A stretch of 64,000 nucleotides of DNA, taken from contig CBDUMD010000008.1 in the NCBI GenBank assembly GCA_965368245.1, positions 380 through 64,379 on the forward strand. The letters are read 5' to 3'. This DNA is from an uncultured Thermoproteales archaeon. Lineage in GTDB: Archaea > Thermoproteota > Thermoprotei > Thermofilales > B20-G17. Of the stretch, positions 1 through 9,507 are shown piece by piece; the stretch's first letter is position 1, and each line of letters begins with the position of its first letter. A program made the position numbers and the translations under genes. The notes beneath the pieces were generated by a model, which searched no databases, was not told where the DNA came from, and saw nothing but the letters and a program-made list of their open reading frames with translations.

Positions 1-3000
1 GTTGAAGAAGCTTATATAGAGGTTTTGATGGAGAACGGAAGCTACCGTCTTCCTGTTTATCCTCTCTGGCCAAACCACGTATGTTTATGCTCCTATGAGA
101 GTCCACCTGAAGGCGATGAACTAGTTTACGTGGGTAGCGTGAAGGATCTCGGAGAGAAGAACGTTAAGGGAAAATTTGTTCTACTCGATTACAATACCCG
201 TGCACTGTGGAAGGTTTTGTCGATAATGGGGGCAAAGGGGGTGTTGTTTATTGAACCTGCATACACCACCTACGCTGAAGGAATGTTGAAGTCCCTCAAT
301 GTTCCACTATATTTTCCCCGTCTTTACCTAAAGTATGGTGATGCACTTAAGTTAATTCGATTAATGAAGCTCGGAGTAAGTTTCCGTATACGTGTGCACT
401 CTAAAATTTCATGGGAGAATAAACCGGCTTATAATATAGTTGCGGAAATAGAGGGTACGGATCCTCTGCTCAAAGGGGAAATAATGGTTCTTGCCGCCTA
501 CTATGACTCGTATTCGCCTGTTCTCGGCCTGGCTCCCGGGGCTACAGACTCCCTAGGCATCTCATTCCTACTTGAATATGCACGTGCCCTCAAAATAGTT
601 AAACCGAAGAGAACAGTATGGATTGTTGCTTTAGCGGCACACTATCAATATCTTTGGGGGGCACGGGAGTTCGTTAAGAAGCATTTTGATGAGATAGGTG
701 TATTCATAAAAGGATTCCTAAGCCTCGATTTATCGTCCGATAACGATCAACTTGGGTTATACGCGTTGGGGCTGGGGTATGGCTACATAAACCCAGACTC
801 CCTGGTGAACCAGAAGTATAGCTGGGTGCCTCAGAAATTCTTTGACGAATGGTTAAAGGAGGCTGAATCGATGTTCGGCGAAGAATACCATGTATTTGAC
901 ATGGTAACCTATTCTTATCCTCCTTGGGTGAAAATGTCCCCACCCATGAACCCTCCATACCTTTACCTGGATTCTGAACCCTTCACGGCCTCAGCTTTCG
1001 GAGGAGGCTTGAGCTTTGTAACCACAAACACTCTAAGACCCCTCCAGCAAACGCCTTTAGATGTTTTCGATAAACTCAATTTAGGCAACTTCTTCAAGCA
1101 GGTTAGATACCTATGGATAACGCTCTTCGAATACATCAACATGGATATACCTTACGTTCTTACACCAGCTAGATTCTATGGGGACTGGGGTTTCGTTAAC
1201 CTTCAACTACAGCTGGCTAAATACAATGTAAATACAGCATGGTACGATAACTTTTCAAGTCCCAACGCTGTCTTCTACGTCTATACATCCAACATGCCTG
1301 CAAACTCCAAGTGGATTTCAAAGGGCTTCAGTATCGTGATAAAGGCTGGAGACAAGGGGGCGGCTCTATTATCGGGTCTTAAACCATATTCGACAGTCGA
1401 TGTCCAGGGATACGTTTTAGATGAAAGCGGTAAGGTCGTCTATGCCACTGATACCGGGGTTTATGGTCTACAAAGAACCCTAGTGCTAACTGTTCCAGAG
1501 GCATACAAGCTCGTTCCAGTATTTGAAGCCGCCACAATAATCCTACTACAACCCTTAAACCCCCAGTCCCTTCAAATGAAAATAAAGGAAGTAAATGTGC
1601 TAAACTTCCTCTCCCACACACCCTTAATTCACAGAGACTACGTTGCACCCGCACCCACAATCATGACAACCACCCCGCTACCCTCCACACTACAGGATAT
1701 AGCGGTTTTCGTAGAACCGGGGGTTCCCTCAGAAGTAGTAGTTATGACCGACGAGCCCTACCCTCTAATAGTATTGAACAATGCGTCGGCAGAGAATCCA
1801 GGCGGCAAAGGTTTTTTACTGGATCCAGGGGATATGGTCGTAGCATCCCCCCTAGATTACGCTAGGGACATGTACTTCCTGGCGTTATCTAGGGCGAACA
1901 TTCTAATAGAGAAGAGCGCTGTCTCGGCACAGCTACACGAATATTATACCTTAATGGAAGAATTCATAAAGGCCTTTAGTGATCCCCGTGCACCGGATCT
2001 AGAACGCTATGCATACTCGTTTAACGTGTGGGCTTTCTCTAGAAGCACATATAGTTCGGCTATGAGCCAAATCTACGACATAGTGGTTTCAACACTTTTC
2101 TTCATGTTTCTCTCAGTGCCGTTTGCGATCGGCATGGAGCGTCTAATGTTTTCACTTGAGGGTGTAAAGAGGATATCCGCCGTGGTAGTCATATATGTCC
2201 TAACGCTTTTCACTTTAGCGCTGTTTCATCCAGGCTTCTACGTGGCTACAAACGTCTATGTCCTTGCGGTAGCTGCATCGCTTGGGATACTAGTGTTTAT
2301 GCTGATAGTGATTCTATTGGGTGAAACCTACTCTTGGATGAAGAAGCTTAGAGAAGCAATGATAGGAAAGCATTTCATGGAGATAGAGAGGTTTGGGCTA
2401 CTGGTAACTGCCTTCTCAACGGGTGCCAGAAACTTGAGGAAACGCAGGGTGAGGACTGTACTTACCCTGATTTCAGTTATATGCTCGGTCTTCGCCCTAA
2501 CGGCGTTCACCTCTATAACCTCGGGGTTAATGGTGTCGACAAGGGTTGTGGGGAGAGCCCCCTATACGGGTATTATGATAGAGAGAGCCCCCTGGATGGT
2601 GGATCAGCCTCTTCCAGAGGAATTTCTACTCGAGTTACAGCTACTTCTAGGACGCAACTACACGGTCTCTGCTAGGTCATGGATTTACCCGCAAGGGTTC
2701 CAGCTACTCTATTCATGGAATGCATCTAAAATGGCGCCTGTAAGGGGCATTATAGCGTTGGGATCAGGTCTTCTGAAGGCGTTGGAGATCCACATGCTAC
2801 CTGTAGCCGTCACCCCTTACGATGAATACTCATATGGTGTAATAATAAACGATAGAATGGCGGAGTCCCTCTCCATGTTCTATAACAGGACCATCGATGT
2901 GGGCGATCAAATAGACCTCCTTGGTTTCAAGTTAACGATTCTCGGGATAGTTAGGGGCGATGTGTTATGGTCTAGAGAACAGGGTGTAATCGATTTAAAT

Positions 3001-4125
3001 CAAAGACCTATAACGCCTATAGACCTAAGGCAGGGTGCAGGGGAATACTTTAAATATCTGTCGGGTGGCGAGGTTCTGATAATTCCGTATGGTTTCGCCC
3101 AGGAAATGGTAAACTCCCAACCCCTTTCTATAAGCATCATTCCTAAAGGTGAGGTGTCTGAGGATGAGCTTTTACATCTGGGAGAAGTCTTCGCAAAGAG
3201 GCTAATGTTGGACGTCTACGTCGGCTCCCCTGAATCCAGGCAGGTTATAGTCATAGCTCCTAGAATCCAGTACTTTGTAGGAGGCTTAGAGACCGTGATC
3301 ATACCCTTAATTATAGTCGGGTTCACGGTCCTAACCACGATGCTAAATGCCATGTATGAGAGGGTGAGGGAAATGAAGGTGTATAGTGCTGTTGGCCTAG
3401 CACCCCTCCACGTTACCGGAATGTTTCTAGCCGAGGCTTTCATATACGCTGTGATAGGATCCATTTTAGGCTACATTACCGGCATGATGGGTACCTGGCT
3501 GTTATGGACCAGTGGAGCCTACCCTGAAAACTTTTATCCAAACTATGCTTCGATTGGAGAGGTGGTTGTTGTAGTAGTCATAGTCGCGTTTACGTTGCTC
3601 TCAGCCCTCTACCCTGCTCTCAAAGCCTCAACCCTCATAACCCCCTCCTTTGAAAGAAGATGGAAGATTGAGACACGTCCTCAGGGCAACGTATGGTCCC
3701 TTCCACTACCCTTTAAGGCTGTGGAAAAAGATGTTTATGGCGTGTTTGAGTTCCTTAGGGAGTACTTTGAAGCCCACTCAATAGAGAGAATGGGGCTGTT
3801 CTTTGTGGAAGGTGGGTTCGCCTACAGGGAAGATGTTTCAGATGGAAGGGATGTAAAAATAATGGAGTTTAAGGTACGTCTGGCGCCCTTTGATCAAGGC
3901 ATAATGGAGAAAGTCAGTGTAGTGGCTCAACGGGAGAGAGGAAGGGTCTTTGGCTTCGAGATCATAGTCTACAAGGAAAGCGGCCCTGAAATACCTTGGA
4001 TCTCATCTAATAGAGCTTTCTTCAGGGAGGTGAGGAAACAGTTTCTAAGTTGGAGGTCCTTGGGTGATGAAGCTAAAAACGAGTATGTGGAAAGGGGTCT
4101 ATCTAGGTTTAGGGAGGTGAGGTAG
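1..4125 (+). CDS. Giant membrane fusion protein (5'-partial): PA/M28-peptidase-like ectodomain, MacB/FtsX-type ABC permease module and a C-terminal cytoplasmic domain
   Basis: ORF track 25..4125. The frame stays open back to nt 1 and the first listed start is TTG, so the true N-terminus probably lies upstream of the window. PA-like 'KGKFVLLDYN..GAKGVLFIE'. M28-like 'YNIVAEIEGTD..VLAAYYDSY..APGATDSLGIS'. MacB-type TM1 'RKRRVRTVLTLISVICSVFALTAFTSITSG'. FtsX helices 'YERVREMKVYSAVGLAPLHVTGMFLAEAFIYAVIGSILGYITG'. The stop codon lies 1 nt before the next ATG. Confidence 0.7.
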   Translation, partial: VEEAYIEVLMENGSYRLPVYPLWPNHVCLCSYESPPEGDELVYVGSVKDLGEKNVKGKFVLLDYNTRALWKVLSIMGAKGVLFIEPAYTTYAEGMLKSLNVPLYFPRLYLKYGDALKLIRLMKLGVSFRIRVHSKISWENKPAYNIVAEIEGTDPLLKGEIMVLAAYYDSYSPVLGLAPGATDSLGISFLLEYARALKIVKPKRTVWIVALAAHYQYLWGAREFVKKHFDEIGVFIKGFLSLDLSSDNDQLGLYALGLGYGYINPDSLVNQKYSWVPQKFFDEWLKEAESMFGEEYHVFDMVTYSYPPWVKMSPPMNPPYLYLDSEPFTASAFGGGLSFVTTNTLRPLQQTPLDVFDKLNLGNFFKQVRYLWITLFEYINMDIPYVLTPARFYGDWGFVNLQLQLAKYNVNTAWYDNFSSPNAVFYVYTSNMPANSKWISKGFSIVIKAGDKGAALLSGLKPYSTVDVQGYVLDESGKVVYATDTGVYGLQRTLVLTVPEAYKLVPVFEAATIILLQPLNPQSLQMKIKEVNVLNFLSHTPLIHRDYVAPAPTIMTTTPLPSTLQDIAVFVEPGVPSEVVVMTDEPYPLIVLNNASAENPGGKGFLLDPGDMVVASPLDYARDMYFLALSRANILIEKSAVSAQLHEYYTLMEEFIKAFSDPRAPDLERYAYSFNVWAFSRSTYSSAMSQIYDIVVSTLFFMFLSVPFAIGMERLMFSLEGVKRISAVVVIYVLTLFTLALFHPGFYVATNVYVLAVAASLGILVFMLIVILLGETYSWMKKLREAMIGKHFMEIERFGLLVTAFSTGARNLRKRRVRTVLTLISVICSVFALTAFTSITSGLMVSTRVVGRAPYTGIMIERAPWMVDQPLPEEFLLELQLLLGRNYTVSARSWIYPQGFQLLYSWNASKMAPVRGIIALGSGLLKALEIHMLPVAVTPYDEYSYGVIINDRMAESLSMFYNRTIDVGDQIDLLGFKLTILGIVRGDVLWSREQGVIDLNQRPITPIDLRQGAGEYFKYLSGGEVLIIPYGFAQEMVNSQPLSISIIPKGEVSEDELLHLGEVFAKRLMLDVYVGSPESRQVIVIAPRIQYFVGGLETVIIPLIIVGFTVLTTMLNAMYERVREMKVYSAVGLAPLHVTGMFLAEAFIYAVIGSILGYITGMMGTWLLWTSGAYPENFYPNYASIGEVVVVVVIVAFTLLSALYPALKASTLITPSFERRWKIETRPQGNVWSLPLPFKAVEKDVYGVFEFLREYFEAHSIERMGLFFVEGGFAYREDVSDGRDVKIMEFKVRLAPFDQGIMEKVSVVAQRERGRVFGFEIIVYKESGPEIPWISSNRAFFREVRKQFLSWRSLGDEAKNEYVERGLSRFREVR

Positions 4126-4126
4126 A

Positions 4127-5980
4127 ATGCAGGCGGAATACTCAAAGGGGTTGACCTGGAGGTCTTTCATAGCGCTTCTCTTTGCAGTTATATTGCTGGA
4201 GCCAGCTGTAATCTACTATTACTTCGTCTCTGGCGAAACTATGCCCCTCTCGGTCTGGATAATAGTTTTGCTGTGGGTTGAGATTGCAAGTCTTTTTGGC
4301 GTAGGAATGACCCAGCAGGAGATATTCATAATGATGACCTTTGAATGGGTTGGGTTGTGGAGCTCCACGTGGTTTTTCGTAGACCTGTTGAAGAGGTTTT
4401 ACTTTGCTAACAGTGAGATAGCTAGACTCCTGGAGGTGACGGGTGTGGTACCGGACTTCTTTGCCCCAGTGGGGGTCGATGCATTGAGGATAGGATACGT
4501 TAGAACTTTTCTCGACCGGGCTTGGATTCTACCGGTAGCGTTGCTTGTTCTGGTAACAGCCTTAGAAGTGGTGGCCAACATATCGCTGGGGTTGTTTGCC
4601 TATAATCTTTATGGGGTAGTTTACAAGCTTGAGTTCCCTTGGGCCTCGGCTCAAGCCACCATAATTGAAACAATATCCGAGAAGAAGCCCAGGGAGATTA
4701 GGATATTCCTTTTATCTTTCCTCGCCGGCTTAATTTACAACTTTCTGTCGATGTTCCTGCCCTTCACCCTAGGTGTGGAGATAAACTCCCGTGTACCAGT
4801 GGATTTAACACCGTTAACAGATATGGTTTTCCCCGGAGCCCTAGCTGTTTTCCCGCTTGATTTGAGCCAGTATATTTTAGGCTTCATACTCCCGCTGGAA
4901 GTAACTGTAATCCAGTTGATGGGGATGATCGCCTTCTATATGATCGGAAACCACGTGATTACAGCCTACAATATGTGGCCCCTAGAAGCGAAATGGAAGC
5001 CTGGATATAATTGGCTCTGGATATACCAGAAATCCCAGATATACTTTTGGCTTAGCGCGGCGATAGGATTAGGCATGGCTTCAGCTATAGCCCCGATGAT
5101 ATTTAGATATAAGAAGCTTCAAGACGCCTTCAAAATAATGTTCAAGGCCTCTAGAAAAGGCGAGGTTAAGGGAAGCATCTATCTACTCCTCTATCTACTG
5201 TCGTCCCTGTTATCGGTTTTACTTGTATACGTGTTTGTACCGGATTTTCCTCTCTGGATTCTACTGTTACTTGTAGTCGGCTGGTCCTTCATAGTCACTA
5301 TGCTACAAACATATGCGGCAGGAGTTACAATAGGGTTTAACGTCCCCTACTTAAAGGAAACGGTGATCTATTTCAGTGGATATCGGCGTCCGTTAATATG
5401 GTTCGCACCCATGAAAATATACACGGGCGGCTCCATGGTAGCCCAACACCTTAAAATGGCAGAGATACTGAAATGTAGAACCATAGACTACATTAAAGCA
5501 TATATCCTTGTGGTGGCATTGGGGCTCCTAATGAGCTTCATATACGTCTCCCTTTTCTGGACTGCGGCTCCGATCCCCTCAAGCGCCTACCCCTACACTG
5601 TGACAGGATGGCCTGTAGAGGCAGTGGAGTTCTGGAGGTTTCAGAAATGGCTTTGGACAGGATACATGTTCCGAAAAGATATTATATTGGGTAGCTTCAT
5701 TGGAGGAGCTTTAATCTACACTTTCACGGATTTCATAGTAGGTAAACCCCATATATTGATAATGACCGTTGCAGGTATTCTTCAACCACCCACATTCACC
5801 GTAGCCCAGTTTGTGGGGTCCCTTATAGGCAACAAGTTTATAGCGAGACATGTTGGCGAGCACTGGAGTAAGGTTTCGGCATACATGGTTATGGGATTCC
5901 TTATAGGAGACAATTCGCTTAGGCTACTGCTGATGATAATAAAACTAGCTGGTAGATCCATTTGGCTTCTACCATATTAG
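4127..5980 (+). CDS. Large polytopic membrane protein (many predicted TM helices), possible transporter; distant paralog of 9504..11492
   Basis: 617-aa ORF, hydrophobic throughout, tightly coupled to the upstream gene. The C-terminal region ('..GFLIGDNSLRLLLMIIKLAGRSIWLLPY') parallels that of 9504..11492 ('..GFFLGYIFSAFILGLGMVYRFLFPY'). Confidence 0.6.
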   Translation: MQAEYSKGLTWRSFIALLFAVILLEPAVIYYYFVSGETMPLSVWIIVLLWVEIASLFGVGMTQQEIFIMMTFEWVGLWSSTWFFVDLLKRFYFANSEIARLLEVTGVVPDFFAPVGVDALRIGYVRTFLDRAWILPVALLVLVTALEVVANISLGLFAYNLYGVVYKLEFPWASAQATIIETISEKKPREIRIFLLSFLAGLIYNFLSMFLPFTLGVEINSRVPVDLTPLTDMVFPGALAVFPLDLSQYILGFILPLEVTVIQLMGMIAFYMIGNHVITAYNMWPLEAKWKPGYNWLWIYQKSQIYFWLSAAIGLGMASAIAPMIFRYKKLQDAFKIMFKASRKGEVKGSIYLLLYLLSSLLSVLLVYVFVPDFPLWILLLLVVGWSFIVTMLQTYAAGVTIGFNVPYLKETVIYFSGYRRPLIWFAPMKIYTGGSMVAQHLKMAEILKCRTIDYIKAYILVVALGLLMSFIYVSLFWTAAPIPSSAYPYTVTGWPVEAVEFWRFQKWLWTGYMFRKDIILGSFIGGALIYTFTDFIVGKPHILIMTVAGILQPPTFTVAQFVGSLIGNKFIARHVGEHWSKVSAYMVMGFLIGDNSLRLLLMIIKLAGRSIWLLPY

Positions 5981-5989
5981 CCTAGCTCG

Positions 5990-6301
5990 TTAACGGTATT
6001 CCACTTTTTGTTCGTGTTTATATCCAATGTAGAAACCGACTGCAAAGACCAAGACGCCAAGGGCGATTACCCCTATTCTAAGGAACATGAGTTGACTGAG
6101 AAGACCATTTACCTCATTTTCGAGATTTTTATAGGTTTCAAGTAGAGCATCATATTCCTGCTGTTTCTCAGCATAGATTTTCTTGAGTTGGTTTAGTTTG
6201 GCTTGTAGTCCGCCGTCTCCCAGAACAGAAATCGCTGCAAACAGGGTGATTCCTGCTAATGTTAACACGAGGATAACTGGTTTTAATGAAGATTTACTCA
6301 T
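5990..6301 (-). CDS. Small membrane protein: two terminal TM segments flanking a coiled-coil
   Basis: 103-aa ORF. N-terminal TM 'PVILVLTLAGITLFAAISVL', heptad-like 'KLNQLKKIYAEKQQEYDALLETYKNLENEVNGLL', C-terminal TM 'IGVIALGVLVFAVGFYIGY'. Divergent from 6414 across an A/T-rich region. Confidence 0.5.
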   Translation of the reverse strand: MSKSSLKPVILVLTLAGITLFAAISVLGDGGLQAKLNQLKKIYAEKQQEYDALLETYKNLENEVNGLLSQLMFLRIGVIALGVLVFAVGFYIGYKHEQKVEYR

Positions 6302-6413
6302 GATCGGTTTGAACCCCCTTTCAACTCTAGTATACTGTGATAAGGCTTATATATTTATTTTTACTGATATAAAAATATACTCAAAAAATTAACCCACAAA
6401 AGGGGGTAAAAAT
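6302..6413. promoter_or_regulatory. Divergent A/T-rich intergenic region with TATA-like boxes
   Basis: 'cttatatatttatttttac' (about 6346-6364) and 'gatataaaaatatac' (about 6366-6380) lie between the divergent genes. A purine-rich 'aaaggggg' sits just upstream of the 6414 ATG. Confidence 0.4.
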
Positions 6414-7937
6414 ATGAAAAGAATATATATCCTATTTCTGGTGTTGGCACTAGCGGTTCTTTTAACAGCTCCTCTCTACAAGGCGACACCACCGAAATAT
6501 TATTATATTTACGTGAAGGTGAAGGCATCCGCTGACCTTAAAGCCGGTTATCCTGTTGTAATTAAAGTTGGCGACCTAAAGAAGATGTTAACTAAATCAT
6601 TTAGCTGGGAGAACGTGTACGTGCTCCATGGCGATGAAATCATACCTGCACAGGTGGATAAGCTAGGTGAAAGCGAAGACGACTATGAAATAGTCTTCCT
6701 ATTGAGTAGCGATATACCAGCCGGTGGAGAGGATACATACAAAATCCTTGTGGCTGAAGCTGGCTATAAGCTACCTAAACCCTCATTTGAGGAAACCTGC
6801 AAGGTATCTTTTGTGTCAATGTATCTCGAAAAAAGCGACCTAGGGCCAGCCGTGATCCTTGAAAACGACCTAATAAAGGCTGTTATACTGAATGAAAGTG
6901 ACTGGATTGCAGGAACAGTTTTCTCGGCCCAGATTAAGGCAAGCGGATACGATGTGGTGAAACAGGGTAGGGAAGTGGACAGCACGGGCTGGAGATGGTC
7001 TAGGTATCTTGTTGAGGGAGACCCAGGATGGGCTGAGAAAAACCCAGATTTCAACATCCTCTACGTCAGTTCAGGGCCTGTTAGAGCCGTAGTGGTACTA
7101 CAGTCCACTGAATCCCATGGAAGCGTTGAAAATGTTTATGCTGTAAAGAAGTACTCTGTATATAAGGGGCTAAGTGTAGTTGAGCTTGTTCTAACGGTCA
7201 CTGGAACCGGCTATAAGGAGGGTACAGCTATTCCAATTAAAGCGAGCTTTGTGGATATGGGTTCCCAGGGTCTAGAACACGACACCGTGTATATACCGAA
7301 CCTAGGTGAATTCTCCAGAAACGAGGGTAAAGGCTTTAGAAAAGAGAACTTTACACAGAGCTGGTTTGCAGTCTATAATAAATCCGAGATGAAGGGCTTT
7401 GGTGCAATATTCTATCCCTTGGATGACCTAGTTAAATTTGATTGGGGTAGCCCTGGAGATGAGCTTGCACTTAAGTATACAACCGGTGTACCCATACCCT
7501 TCTATAGGGTTCTAGTATTATTTGACAAGACTATAACCACCGAGCCACTGGAATACATTGGAGCACTTTACAACCTCTATGCAAACAAACCCACGATAGA
7601 AGTTGAGGAGGTCAAGGAGGCTAAGCTCCTACCGGCAACAATATTGGAGACCTATGCAAAAGAAATAAGTTCCCTAAAAAGCCAGGTCGAAAGCCTTCAG
7701 AATACAGTATCGGAGCAGGAGTCGACTATAAGCCAGCTTGAAACACAGTTATCCAACGCCCAGAACACCATAAACCAGCTGAACAACCAAGTAAGCAACC
7801 TTCAGGCCCAGATCAGCGACCTTGAGGGAGAACTAGCGGCAGCTAGATCCATGCAGTGGACGTTCCTCGGAGGAGGGCTTGTAGTAGGTTTAATAATAGG
7901 TATAGTTATAGGATTCATCGTTAAACGGAAGAAGTAG
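6414..7937 (+). CDS. Secreted surface protein: signal peptide, beta-rich ectodomain, Q/N/S-rich coiled-coil stalk and C-terminal TM anchor (paralog A)
   Basis: Signal peptide 'MKRIYILFLVLALAVLLTAPLYKA'. Stalk 'SLKSQVESLQNTVSEQESTISQLETQLSNAQNTINQLNNQVSNLQAQISDLEGELAAA'. Anchor 'FLGGGLVVGLIIGIVIGFIVKRKK'. Shares 'SGYDVVKQG', 'W(R/K)WSR', 'DPGW..(K/H)NP', 'GPVR' and 'PLEY' blocks with 7951..9507. Confidence 0.7.
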   Translation: MKRIYILFLVLALAVLLTAPLYKATPPKYYYIYVKVKASADLKAGYPVVIKVGDLKKMLTKSFSWENVYVLHGDEIIPAQVDKLGESEDDYEIVFLLSSDIPAGGEDTYKILVAEAGYKLPKPSFEETCKVSFVSMYLEKSDLGPAVILENDLIKAVILNESDWIAGTVFSAQIKASGYDVVKQGREVDSTGWRWSRYLVEGDPGWAEKNPDFNILYVSSGPVRAVVVLQSTESHGSVENVYAVKKYSVYKGLSVVELVLTVTGTGYKEGTAIPIKASFVDMGSQGLEHDTVYIPNLGEFSRNEGKGFRKENFTQSWFAVYNKSEMKGFGAIFYPLDDLVKFDWGSPGDELALKYTTGVPIPFYRVLVLFDKTITTEPLEYIGALYNLYANKPTIEVEEVKEAKLLPATILETYAKEISSLKSQVESLQNTVSEQESTISQLETQLSNAQNTINQLNNQVSNLQAQISDLEGELAAARSMQWTFLGGGLVVGLIIGIVIGFIVKRKK

Positions 7938-7950
7938 CTGGGGGAAGCTA

Positions 7951-9507
7951 ATGAAAAAATCAATAATAAATGTTTTTTTAATATTAATACTCGTTTTAAC
8001 CCCATATTCATACACTTTAGTTGGTCGAGTTAAAGCCCAGGAAAAGGAAGAATATTATATTGTATCTGTTGTTGTTCAGGCCTCGAAGGAGAGCCTTGTA
8101 CCTGAAAACCATCCCATTATAGTTCGTTTAAGGGATATAGCAGCCGCCCTGCCGAAGAATGTTGATCCATTTGGAGGTAAAACTACCACAGAAGAAGATG
8201 ACGTGGACTGGAAGGCTGTAACAGTACTGTATAAGGGGAGGGTTATTCCAAGCCAGATAGACGACCTGGATTTAAACGGCTTCTCGCCGGAGGATGAACT
8301 CGCGTTTCTAACGGTCAGCCAGATACCTGCAGGCGAGTCCAGCGAATACCAGATTTTTATACCACTTAAAGCCAGTAATCTGCCTGAGGTAGCCTTTGAA
8401 ACCAAGGTGAAGATAAACGAATACAGGTTGCTGGAGGAGATCAAGAAAGGTTCTCCCGAATTCATGTCGGAGGCTTATGAAATATCCAACGGCCTGATAG
8501 TGGGTGTCGTAGCCGTTAAGGCGGCATGGATGTCAGGAGGAATCTTCTCCATCCTGATAAATTCATCAGGCTACGATGTGGTAAAACAGGGTTCAGAGTA
8601 CATGAGTTTACTCTGGAAGTGGTCTAGACTCTTCTGTCCCGCCGATCCAGGATGGATAGAACACAACCCTAATGCCGCGACAGGCGGTGGAAAAGTGGTT
8701 TACATGAAGGAGGGGCCTGTAAGAGGGATTATCAGCGTGGTTTTGGAAAGCCAGTACCATAACATTACCGACCTCTACCCAGTGTTCACGTACTACCTGT
8801 ATGCTAACCACACTTGGATCTATACTATGCTCGATATAACGGGCTCCAATGCAAAGCCAGGTATGTTCCTTGAGGTAAACCTGGCAAACAGGGAGTGGGG
8901 TGGGATAGGTTGCGGGGGAAAATACTCTCTTGTAATAATTAACGGGGCCGGAAACTTTTCGAGGACAGATGACGTCAACGTCCCAGTCTCGGAAATAAAG
9001 GAGGGCTGGTATGTTTCACTGGATCCCAACAATGGAACAGGCTTCGGCTTCATCTTCCCAACCACCGGACTAGACTCCGTTAAATGGAGCTTCGACGACG
9101 AGGGGATACACACATACTATACGGCCATGACATTCCCTTACAAGTCGATCATAGTCGTCTTCGATAAAACCGTTACCTCCAATCCGCTGGAATACGTCAA
9201 AACGATATACAATGAATATTACATTCATGCTCCAAACGTAATCGTCAAGCCAGCGGTTAAGATAACACAGCTACCCGCGGCTTTATCGCAGATGAAGGAG
9301 ATATTCGAATTACAGAAGCAGATAGCAGAGCTGGAAAAGATGATAAGCAACCTTTCAAAGGAGATAACCAGGTTAACTTCAGTAAAATCGGTTCTCGAAA
9401 TCGTGGTGTATAGAACACGAATCCTGCTTCTAGTAGCCGCCATAATATTATTCTTAATAGGATATGTTGCTGGAAGAGGGTATGTTTACCGTAGGAAGAG
9501 GAGGTGA
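7951..9507 (+). CDS. Secreted surface protein with coiled-coil stalk and C-terminal TM anchor (paralog B of 6414..7937)
   Basis: Signal peptide 'MKKSIINVFLILILVLTPYSYT'. Conserved blocks shared with paralog A. Coiled-coil 'MKEIFELQKQIAELEKMISNLSKEITRL'. Anchor 'ILLLVAAIILFLIGYVAG' followed by a basic tail 'RRKRR'. Confidence 0.7.
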   Translation: MKKSIINVFLILILVLTPYSYTLVGRVKAQEKEEYYIVSVVVQASKESLVPENHPIIVRLRDIAAALPKNVDPFGGKTTTEEDDVDWKAVTVLYKGRVIPSQIDDLDLNGFSPEDELAFLTVSQIPAGESSEYQIFIPLKASNLPEVAFETKVKINEYRLLEEIKKGSPEFMSEAYEISNGLIVGVVAVKAAWMSGGIFSILINSSGYDVVKQGSEYMSLLWKWSRLFCPADPGWIEHNPNAATGGGKVVYMKEGPVRGIISVVLESQYHNITDLYPVFTYYLYANHTWIYTMLDITGSNAKPGMFLEVNLANREWGGIGCGGKYSLVIINGAGNFSRTDDVNVPVSEIKEGWYVSLDPNNGTGFGFIFPTTGLDSVKWSFDDEGIHTYYTAMTFPYKSIIVVFDKTVTSNPLEYVKTIYNEYYIHAPNVIVKPAVKITQLPAALSQMKEIFELQKQIAELEKMISNLSKEITRLTSVKSVLEIVVYRTRILLLVAAIILFLIGYVAGRGYVYRRKRR

